64,000 nt of DNA, from assembly GCA_965202585.1 (NCBI GenBank), contig OZ241832.1, positions 41,168,001-41,232,000 on the forward strand, written 5' to 3'. This DNA is from Thalia democratica. Taxonomy: Eukaryota. A program made the translations under genes and the position numbers. Positions 24,233-36,300 of the stretch are shown one piece after another (the first letter of the stretch is position 1; each line of letters starts with the position of its first letter). Below the pieces are notes generated by a model. The model did no database searches. It was given only the letters and a program-made list of their open reading frames with translations, and was not told where the DNA came from.

Positions 24233-24959
24233 TATGATGCTAATGTTACTGTACCAAATGTGCACTAAACACTTAATACAAGATTGTAAATAGTTGTAAA
24301 ACTGTTGGATTAAACTTAGCATGCCTGCCTGGGATTAAAAATAATTTTGATGTGATATTTTTTAAATTAAATATATTTGTCTATAGCTTCACGTTTTTGT
24401 CGACTTTAAATATTGAGATAGATACTTTACTTTATTCAACTAAATATGTTGCGATATAGTTACTTTGTTAACTAGAATTTGTATACACTTTGTTTCGTTG
24501 CATTTAAATAACTTTTTTTATTTACTAACATTAAATAAAACTCTAATTAATAACTATAAACCGTTTTAAATAAATTATTAAATTACATAAATAAAATTTT
24601 TATTAAGGGTCAACAGCCTATAATAACTTTAAGCTATTGTTTTAGAAAAAGTAACTCGCAGGTAGCACTGTGAAAAATCCACGGGCCAAAGTTTTTCGAT
24701 CAAATAAGCGATAATAAAGCACAAATAGTTAATGTTTATTGAAAAAAGTCTAGGTATAAGTATATACAACAAAAACTACTTTTTTTTATTAAAACTGTAC
24801 GTTTTTATTTAAAAATTAAATCAAAGATTGCATATTTTGCTATAAAGGCTGTATTTAACCCTACCGGACAGCAGTTTACCAAGCCCTGAACCTGATCTAT
24901 ATCAGCTTCAGTCTTGTAACAATCAGCTGATTAACAACATGTGAGCTAATCAAGCATAT

Positions 24960-25380
24960 CTTAAGTGTACAATTCATCTCCAACACTACTACATCATGAT
25001 TCTGTGCTAACAGCTAGTATTGGAAAAAACAAATAAGGCAGTATAATACTCTATCGTTTTGTGATTAATTTGTAAAGACTTCTTTATTGGAAATTTTAAC
25101 ACTAGTGTGAGTAATGAAGTTGCTGGCTATCTCTATCTAACATGTATTAGCTAATTCTGTCATTAATAAAATACCACAAATTTAACATCCAATAAAGAAA
25201 ATAAGGAGACTTAAAACAAACCAAGCTTCTTTCTTCTTTAGAAGATAGTTTTGAATAAAAGAACATTGTTTTTGCCTTAATTACAGCACATATAATTATG
25301 AAAACTTTTATCAGTACTATTGAAGACCTTTTCATGCTCATTGATTAGTTTAAAATTATCCATTCAGATGATATCACACC
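24960..25380 (+). pseudogene. Possible decayed LINE endonuclease/linker fragment
   Basis: Locally GC-richer; peptides VYNSSP, FFIGNFN (compare GDFN) and HPIKKIRRLKTNQASF in different frames with stops. Confidence 0.35.
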
Positions 25381-27329
25381 AAAAAAAGTCTAAGTTGTAA
25401 AAATTTATACTTATAAAAAATAGAATTTATATTTAAAAGTATGGAAAAGTACCTTTTATTATTTTAAGTCAATCCAAAAAATAGATAAATGGACTTGTAC
25501 AGTTTTGATTTTTTGGTGTGAAATTGCAATTCTTAAATGGATTAACTTGAAATTAATAAAAAGTATTCATCAGAACATGCAGAGATTCTTTTTTTTGACT
25601 AGAACTGTACTTTCAAAGGAGTTATCATAAAAAATAAGAATTATCAAAATTAAATAAATTACAGTTTACCAAATGTATTTTAAATTAAAAACTTGTCTGT
25701 ATGGCTCGGTTAAACTTTGTCTAAAAAAATTATTTTATAGAGATGGTTTACAATAATTGTTGGAAAGCAGTTTGTTGAATGTTTTTTAAAGTAAAAAATA
25801 TCAATGACAGAAAATTTTTCAAATAAATAAGTAGTTATAAAACATGTCTCACAGTTTGTTTGTAGTTAATAAGACTGAAAAATTTTTAGAAAAGACTTCT
25901 TTAAAATTGCAGTAGGACATGGATTTTTAATTAAATAGTCTTATTTGCCTATTTAGTTAAAACCTTGCATAGCAGAGCTATTTAATAGCATAGGGGGGTT
26001 AAGTCACTTTTTTAACGATTTTATCTTTATTTTTTGAGTTTTAAATAAGCTACAAAATGTTTTTTACAGATTTTAAAAGTTCTAAATACTATTTTAGATA
26101 AAGCAGGTTAAAGTCAGAGGCAACAATAGGTTCCTTGTGGGAGGTGCAAACTAAAATGGCAGAAAATAAATTATTATACTAAAAATCTATCTTCTCCTAT
26201 GTGTTTTAAGGTGAATACCAAAAACTTATAGGAAATGTTCCTTGCTATATAACTCCTTAATTTTGATTGCTTATATCTCAAGAGTGTTTTTTGAAAATTT
26301 AAGTTTTATAAAAAAACAACTAGTAGCTTAAATAATTTAATTATTTATTCGAAATAGGATATGAGCAATAGAGGAGCAACAGGGGTCAAAATTTGAAACT
26401 TACACTAGATATTCGAGCTTATTAGGAGTTGATGATGAAGAGCAAAATAAAAGGTCTTAGGTGTTTTTAATTGTAACTTGAGTAATATTGTTGAAGGGGG
26501 CCATAGCTTTTTATTTCTTAAAAGGGGTCATTTGAAAGAAACAGGAAGCCCTTTTCTAATGATTCCTAGCAAAAACAAGGTTACTTATAAGTTAAAGGTT
26601 TTTTCAATTTTCATATGTCAGATTGTCAATTCAAAATAGTAGAACTTTTTATACTTGATGTTTGTGTATAAAAAACTTAACTGATAAAACTAAATAAATT
26701 AAGAATTTTGATTTATCTGATATACAAATTAGGATCAGTTTTTTACTAAGATCAGGGTTCCTACTTCCCTATAAATTCCTATAAATTTACAATATTCTAA
26801 AAAATCCTTAGAAATTGCGTTTATTTTTTGCTTAGTGATTGTAATTTGAAAGCCAAAACAGGGACACAGCTTGGTGAAAAAACACACAAAAGATTTTTTT
26901 CTTTTCAAATAAAAATCTTTGCAATCTCAGTACAAAACTGACCCATGGCACCACCAAGTGGATAAAATTTTTCATGTTTTATGTTAAATACAATTTATCT
27001 AAAGTCTGCTTATTTAACTAAAAATAGAGCTCAAAAACCATTGAACTCTCATAAATTTCTTATTAACACAACACTTATAAACGGTTAATGCCATTTTTAC
27101 TTTATGTACCTTAAAAATATGTTTGTAACATTTAAAATTCATTGTTTAATTTTGATAATTTCCCTATAAATTTGCTATATTTTATGGATTTATCAGCTGG
27201 ATTTAAAATTAAGAATTTTGTTGACTAATAGTTGTATTCAGTTTTTTAACAGCATAAATAGAAATACACAATTTAATAATGTAGTCTAAGTAAATCTATA
27301 AACATTCATTTTTTCAGAACTTGGCAAGT

Positions 27330-30300
27330 ATGCCAGCTTTGAAAAGTAATATAAGGTCTAATGAATACTTTCCTAAACCAAAAGTTGATCTAATAAATTA
27401 TAGTTTAGTAAAATCGTCTCAACTTCTTTGTAAAGATGCCAAAAAAAAAACATCAAAGAATGGTATAAAAAAAGCACTTCAAAATGAAATACTGACTAGT
27501 CATAAAAGCTTGAGTAATACAGAAAACTTGATGTTAAAGAGTTTAGAGTCTGGCTTGGAATCATTAGTGCACAACAATTTTTTGAATACAAAAAATGATT
27601 TATTAAAGTTAACAAGTTTTAAAACTAAACAAAAAAATACAATGTTGATGAACCCTTTTATTACTAGTAATAAAACTAATAAATGTGTTGCAAAGGTTAA
27701 TAAAGTTAGCCTAGAAAACCCTATGCTTAAAGAGTATGAGTTGAAAGTAAAGTCTATTTTGTCATCGACTTGTTTAACACAAATTAGAGGTTTCAACTCT
27801 GCAATTGGTACAGTTTCTGATAAAAATCTTACTCAACTTGGTGCAAAAACTGATAAAAGTTTTAGTCCGGTAAGTTCAGTAAAACTTGACTAATTCAGTT
27901 GTAATAAAGTTTTAAATACCTTATCCAGCTTTTTACTAATTTAACATAAGAAATACTTAATAATTCTAAGTAGTACTGATATGATTCTTTGTAATATTAA
28001 TTTAATAATGTTGATATTATTATGAACTGGGGTTTAAAATATTTGGTTGAAAATACTACACTTAAAGTTAAGATTTTTTTGTTTTTAGTTAAAGGAATTT
28101 TATGGCTTAGTATAACATAAAAAAAAATAATTAGGTTGATAACAGTTTTATGTTGTCTTTACGGACTATTGAAAACTGTTCCCAAGAATACTATGTTAAT
28201 GAAAAACTTCTACATATGAAATTTTTTACAAACAAAACTTTGGAGCCTGAAAGCAATGTTGACTATGAATTGATAGAGAAAAAAGTTGGTAATGTTAAAA
28301 AAAATGTAGTGTTTGTAACTATAACTTAACTAAAAGATAAATTTATAAATTTAGCAAAATATAAATTGTTACTGTAGGTTTTTTTAGATGTACTGAAAAC
28401 ATGTAGATAATTTGAATCACTACAAACATTGAGTTTTATCTATAAATATTTGTTTGCTATAATTTTTCTCTACTTAATTACTAAGTCTAGTTCCCAACAT
28501 AGTCATATAAGTTAGATTGTATGTAAGTGTTGCATTTATAAATACTACTTTCACGTTCTTGGTAGATTAATGGCATCTAGACTTAGGAAATTTTGTGAAA
28601 AATAGTTGTTTTCAAACCAGTAAATTAAAAAACCGTTCATTATTACAAATTAACATAGGACATCCAAAAGTACACTTTTTGATAAAAATCACTAAAAAGT
28701 TATAAAAGGCACGGTAGAAATATTGATATACTATTGTTTTATGTTTTAAAAATATTTTTTTAATCCAATACAATTTCACATTTTAAACTTAAAATATGTT
28801 TTAATTATCTTTTTAAATTATAGTTAATTTTAGAAATGAGTACAAAAAAGTAAGGGATATTTTAGCAATATTAATATGTTTATTTTATACTAAAATGTTA
28901 TACTTAAATTTTAATAGATTTGTTTTAATGGTGTTTTTAGGCGTGTTTATTATATAAAACTAAACTAGTGTAAAGTTTACTGCAACAATTCAGACTAGTA
29001 ATACGGTGTCCTTGTTTGAAAATAACTGGAAACACTAAATACCTATACCTAGGAGTATCAAAAAGAAAATACATATATAATAAAATAAAATTTTCAAGTA
29101 CTTTTTGTTTTTTAAGAAAACAGAAATTAGTAGCAAACAAAAAAGGATCTACGATTTGTCTATTTTCAGCATAACCAAATACTTTAAAAGATGTGTTTTA
29201 TTCTAATAACACTTTTTAGATTGAAGCGATCAAAATTTTGATATGTTCCCTTGTTGACCCTCCTAATTATGATGACCCAGGTCATGAAATTGTAGACACA
29301 TTGCAATACTTATTAGTCAAAGATCCAGAGTTCTTGTTAAAGGTTTTAAACTGTTATATAAACATATTTTTTTTTAGTTTTATGTAATAAAATATATAGT
29401 TACAATCTTAAATTTTTAATACATATTTCAGTTAGCTCTTTATTCTCGACAAGACTTAAACATTCGGAAAATGAGTAATTTTTTGTTAGCATATGCCTCA
29501 ATAAATTCCCAAAGCAAGCCATACATTAGAAAATATTTTAAATATTGCATTAACTTACCTTCTGATATGATAGAAGTTGCGACTTTGTTTATGGTTAGTA
29601 TTAGTTCTTGATAAATAATTGTCACTATTAGTAATATTAAATTGAATTTTTAAGTAAGTTGTAGTAACTTGCGTTTTTTAAGTTAACTTGATACGTTTCT
29701 AAAACTTTCTCCAGTTTTTAGTTGATCAAAAGTTAAATGGTAATTATTCATCTAATTATGATTGAAATATAAATGATTTACTAGCCAAAAATTTACAACA
29801 AATAAAACTAGTTGATAAAGTATGGAAATTTTATAAACAAAAATGAAATTTTTCTTCACACAAAAATAAACTCTTATAGTCTATGTATAATTAAAACAAT
29901 TAAAATAAATTAATTAAATTTGCTACTGCTTACTTTCTTTCTTGCTATCTTAATTAAATTAAAGATAAATTAAGTTGAATTTCACGATTTGTTTAGCATA
30001 AGACTCTTGTTATGTTACTTAAATTGTTAAAATAACAAAGTTCCATTTGTAACATAACAAATTTAATTATGGCGTTATTGGTATAGAACAGACTGTAGTA
30101 GTGTTTCAAGTTTCTCATTAGAGTTGCTTGGGTGCATGAATGTTCAAATTCCGACAACTCAAATTCATCAAAATTTAAAAGGGCTATAACTCAAAAAGTA
30201 GTATATATATGAAAAAAGTGTTTGTAGGTCTAATAACTACCAAGAAGTTTTTTTTTTGAAAAATTATAGATATTTTATCAGTAGTGCTAAAACAAATATT

Positions 30301-33300
30301 AAAATATAGTAACTTTTAGTAAAATTTTAAGTCTCGACCCAAATAAACATTTAGTTTTAAATTTTATATTACTATCCTAATCTTATAAATCTATAACCGC
30401 TTTTTTTTTTAAATAAATTTTATTTTCTTATTTGAGGCCCTTTAAACATTTTTTTAAGAATTTGAGTTGTTGAACTTTGAATTTCTAAGTATTCCTTAAT
30501 TTAAATATCTTATAATTGTGATTACAAGTTATTTTCAATTAAGATTATATTTTGTATCCTTATTTTTTTAAAAGCACTCGAAATGTTAGGTCTAAGGACC
30601 TGGTATACTGGTATACACAAAAAAAAAGAGAGTCAAACTCCACAGATACAGTTGATGCCATGTCCAGAATGAATGTATGTAAATAACTTTATATAAACTA
30701 GATATGTGTTGTATAAAGCACAAATTACTTTAAGCGTTTTTGGGCTTGATGCTAAAATGCACCAATTCTTCCTCATAGTCTGAGAAAGCATTTTAACAGA
30801 AACATGGGTGAAGTAGTTTGTTTATATTACTTTTACTTAACTCTTCTTTACCTACAAAATATGTAGCACTAAGTACAAAACTTAAAATGAAAGAACATGT
30901 TTGTTCTGTATTTTAATTATATTATAAATTTTAAAAGGAAAAATAAAAACTTAATTTTTTTATTTTTTTATTTAAAGTATAGGAACTTAAGGGTTGCTAA
31001 ATTGCAACTTGTGAGAAGGTTCTTATTTTAAGGGTATGTGGCCCACCAAAAGTAAAACTGCGGCCTGCAAACATGCAGTTTTTGCTTGTAAAGGAGTATT
31101 TTTAAACTGTCACTAGATACTTAAGGAACTGCAGCCTGCAAATATTTTGGTTTCCGAAATTTGGCTGGAGACCTCAAAATGCCCACCAAACGCTGAACTA
31201 ACCCTATAAGAGTTAAACTGTATTTAATCATCAGTATTATATAAAAGTTGGAAGTGTTCAAAACTTAACAAAACAAGAAATAAATCTTGAACCCTAAAAA
31301 ATCCTTAACTAACATTAATTAAACAAAATTTAAAAAATTAATAATAGTTAATGGATGCAATATATTCAATATATAAATAAAAATTGTAAATTTAGTTCTT
31401 AAGTTAAAGATTTCTTAAAATTTATAGACATTAGCTATTAAATTAATTTTGCTATATTTTATACATCATATATAAGTTAAATTAAACTATGAAATAACTC
31501 GGATCAGGACTACCAAAAAATATGGAATCCTAGAAGAAGTGGAATTTGAAAATATAGGCTAGAAAAACCTGGAATTTAAGAACGTTTGAAAAAGACCTGG
31601 AATTTTGAAGAAAAATCACTAACAACCTGGAAAAACATTGAATAGTATACAATTTTTACATGTTAAGTAATGAAATTTTGATTTGATGCAAATATACTGT
31701 CATGTAGTTGAACTTTTTTTCGTTATTATTAATATTTGCTTATTAAATAACACATTTGAAGAAGCTTTACAATAGCTTTTCATTGTTCTTAAACTAATTA
31801 AGAATTTAAACTTAAAGTTATGCTAAAAATAGACTCACAAGCTTGTACTTTTGTAAGCCCGGTAAAACTTCAGAAAACCGGATAAAAATTTTGAAAAACC
31901 TTTAGCAACCCTGCGAAGTATGTTATTTTTGGGAACTGGTCAGTTCCCACCTGCGCACAATTAACCGCGTACCGACCAAAGATTAGGGGTAACAGTGATA
32001 GTAAAAAAAAAGTTGGGTAGGAGTTGAGCAGGTGACAATTGTAAGTACACCATTATTTTTAAAAACTTACTGTGCTAAACAAAAAAGCAAATATATGCTA
32101 TATTTAAATCTTATGTCATCTTATAAAAAGAAAACTGTATTGTGTAATCATCAATGCATAGCATATTGAGTAATTAATAATATTTGTTTTTTTTAACTTA
32201 AATTGATAGTATTGATGTTTTTATATAAATATGATTTTAATCTGCCAAAAAACTTGACTGGTATGGGAATTTTAGTTGATGAAAAAAGTATGATAAAAAG
32301 CTTAGTAACCGTAATTTAAGCTGCAAAATAATTGTTAAAAAGTAGATAAATTTTATTTTTAATTAGTTAAGTACAAAATATTTGTAGTACTTAACTTATA
32401 ATGTAGTTTATGTCTTTGCCAGCCGAACTTATTTTAGAAGTGTAAAAATGCTTTTAAAACATTTAAGGCAATGCAGCAATCAAAGATAAGTAACAGTATT
32501 GCTCCATTGGAAAGTGAAGTTCCAATTCGTAATACAACAAGCTGGCCGAGCTGTTTGAGAAAAGCTATGATTGAAAAGTTTCCAGATTTTAGTGAATATC
32601 AGCTAGGTAAACAGTGAAAAATAACTCCTTAACTTTTTTTATTTAAGTAGATTTTAAAAATATTGAAGTACAAAGGTAATATTGTTTTAAAACCATAAAA
32701 ATATTTACTACTATCTTAAAAACGAAATAAATAATAGAAGAATAATCTGTACATAAAAACTAATGTCAAAAGTTTTTTTGATAGACTTCTTAGGTTATTT
32801 TCTAAAAAGTTTTATTGAAACATTGATAAATAAATAAATTGAAAATACTAAATGTTGTGAAACACTATATCAACTAGTAAAATAAAGATTTCAGTTTTTA
32901 AAATAAATTATGCATTAATGCCACTCTTTCAAGCTAATTCAATTTTTTTTTTAAACTCTGGTCAATCTTTGTTTTTAGCTGACTTAGCTTTTTATTTTAT
33001 TGTTATAAACTTAGTTTACAAATAAAAGACTAGTTTATTGATTAAGGTAAAACTTTTATATACATGCGCTTCTCTAATTTGTAATTATTTAATATTTTAA
33101 ACCTTGAGCATAAACTAGTTCTTGGTGACTCATGCAGGTTTCAAAGTTCAAAGAATTACAGCCTTAATAGTAAATAATATTAAATAATTTTTTCTATTTA
33201 GTTGAAGTTCTTTTTCATTTAAAATTATAACTGTAAAGTATATCACAGCCAAGTATAACAAAAAGTCTGCTGAAAAGAAAGATGACAGGCACAAAACAAT

Positions 33301-36300
33301 TAATATGAAACAGCTATTAAGAAGATTACATATTGCACATCCAGCTAAACACGTTATGGCTATTCTAGGGAAAAAGTAAGTCTTTTTAGTTCTAACTATG
33401 TTTTGATAATGACATTTTCAACTCAGTATATTTAAAGTGTTTGTATGTTAAGAGTTCTTGAAAATTCTTGAAGTCAAATATTATATTACTATTAATTTGA
33501 GAGACAGTTTTTGTTTTTGTGTACAACCTAAAAGATAAAAAAGTGTTTTGGTTAGGTTTACTCATTCCTAAAGCTTGCCACTTAAGCCCTTATAGTTTAG
33601 AAAATTGTCAATTGGTGCTTCAACACTTTTTTATACGAAAATTAACTTAAGCTTTTATATGAAACCTTTACGTACAAACTACAAGCAATTTTTTTTAGAA
33701 TTAAACAATGTCATTTAATTTTTGAGGTATTTAATTTTTTGTAAAAAGTTTCCAATACAAACGTATAGCCTGCAAATTTTTTGGGGTCAATCTTCTTGGA
33801 AATTTAAAAAATCCTTATAAATCTCTCTCCTCCTTCATTTTTTAAGCAATGTTTTTCAAATTTTCAGGAAATGTTGATTTTATTATAAGAAAAAAACGTT
33901 AATTATGAATTTTATTAAAAAAAATCTTATTACTAAAACTAAAAAAAAAAGTCTTTATTTTCAAAATAAAAAAGTTTTTTACAAAAAATTTTTTAATACC
34001 AAAGTAATGTTTTTTTAATTGTATAACAATTAGACTGTAAAATTTTGAAGAAGATTGCTTGAAAAATTTAGGAGAAGATAGATTTTAAATGAAATAGTAG
34101 TTTTTTTGCGGTTTAGTTTTTCCTTCCTATAGGGAACCTGTTATACGGCCATACTTTAACCTGTCATATCTCAAAAAATTGTTTGAATTTTTTTTAACGG
34201 TAAAAAGCAACTTGAAGCTTAGTAAAAACTCTATAAAATAAGATGAACTTGTAAAAAAAATGGCCAACCCCCTATGGCCTTAAACTTAGTCTGTTTTACT
34301 AAATAATAAAAAATATGAAAAAAATAAAAACAACAGTTAAGACAAGTTTTATTCATGGAAAATAAAATCTGTGCACACTTACTTGAAATATTTTATTCTT
34401 TTTTTTTACTTTTCACCTAGTACTCAACAATATTTAGTGAAAGTTTTTAAATTAAGTTTAGTGAGTTTTATGCCCCCAAAAATGGATCTCGTGCACTTGA
34501 GTGTGTATATTTGCACACCGTGAAGACCACTGATTAAAACAATTAAGGGTATCTTGCTTAAATTTTATATTTAAGTTCAAATTTTTAGATTTGTAACTTT
34601 GCTATAAAAACTTTCCTGGTATTATTATTTCTTGTCAATTTTAGGTTAATGATTAAAAAATATTGTGTTTTTATCAGAAACTTAAAAAAAAATGACTATT
34701 TGCAAAATGAATTTGATTCTTTGTTGTCTACCAAAAATTGTTTATAGCAAATAATGACAACAAACTTCGGATGATAACTTATAGTTTTACAAACATTGAT
34801 AAAATAAAAAATGCTATGATTACAAGAAATTTGATGGATTTTATTTTTGTGCAAGATTATTTAAATACTTAACATGTTGAATAATACTCCTACCAATTGT
34901 TACACTTTGTTGAACTTTAACTAGATTCAGATAAGTTTACGAAATTTAAATTTGGATGATATCTTTTTTTTTAAGGTATTAATTTTTTTCTTAAAATTTT
35001 AAAGGTTGAACAAACGCAGGAAGTCCATGCATGTACAGTACATTGTACATTTACCAATCATATAATGGATTATTACAAAAATGTAATGTTAAGATAAATT
35101 TGATAAATTAATAATTTTTTATATAAGCACTGACGACGATTTTGACCGAAACTGACTTTGCATTAAAAAGTCTTAATGAATAAAAAAAAATAAATCGTAT
35201 AATGGAATAAAGCCAATAAAACTGTGTATATCAAAAAGTTAAAGCTTTTAGAAACTAAAGTGAAGACAGGGTTGCCAAAAAACCTGGAATCCTGGAAAAA
35301 CCTAGAATTTTCATCAAGATTTTTTAAACACATTTAAAAAAGGTTAACGATATCTTTTCAATGTCGATATACTATTTAACACAGTTTTTTACCTAAAACT
35401 TAAATTTAAACTAAAAACGAACCAAAAACATTTAATTTTAAAATCCTGGAAAAAATTTGCCAAAAATATTTAGCATCCCTGTTAAGGTATTTTTTGAGTT
35501 GAAAAACGATGAAAACACATTCATAATTTAAGATAGAAAAAAAAATATTTTGCTGTTTTATTAAAATGAACTAAGTAACAACATATTGAAATTTTTCTTT
35601 AATTAAACTTATATACAGGGTTGCCACTTTACCTGGAATCCTGGAAAAACCTTGAATTTGGGAAATTTTGAAAATAAAAACTGAAAAATCTTGAATTTTG
35701 AACGAAAATCACTAAAAAACCTGTAGTTTTAACAATTTTCACATGTTCAGTAGTAGAATTTCGATCTGACACAAAAATTCTATCATATAAATATAAAATT
35801 TTTGTCATAAAATTTTTTTTTATTAAAAAATGTAGTTAAAGTAGCTTATCAATGTTTTAATAGTATTTAACACAGTTTCTTACCTTCAACTTAACTTTAA
35901 ACTAAAAATAGACCCAAAAATATGTACTTTTAAAAACATTGAAGAAATTGGGAAAGTATGGAAAAAAAAATTAAAAAAACAAGTGGCAACCCTGTTATAT
36001 GTTTAAAAGGTATGGAGAATGGTGGTTAAAATTTTAAAGATAGATCTCAGTTTTTAGATTTTATTCAAAAGTACTTAAATGGTAGGTCTTAAACTTAATA
36101 TGTACTTTACACATATTTTTTATATATTTATACTTATAATACTTACAATTTGATTGTAAAATGTAGTAACAAAGTATTTTTTTTTGTTAAATGTCATCTA
36201 AATAGAACAAAAAATAATATATAATCAGTTAAAATACTGGAAAAAAATAAATCTTCAAAATTTTTAGTCAATACAGCCTAAAGTAACTTCAACTATCTTT

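Noticed and set aside
25147-25341. 64-aa minus-strand ORF with a hydrophobic start
   Set aside because: Lies antisense to a probable decayed LINE fragment; no supporting exons.
27500-27796. 98-aa minus-strand ORF
   Set aside because: Antisense shadow of TEP1 exon 1; the minus ORFs at 29440, 36990 and 41062 are likewise shadows of TEP1 exons.
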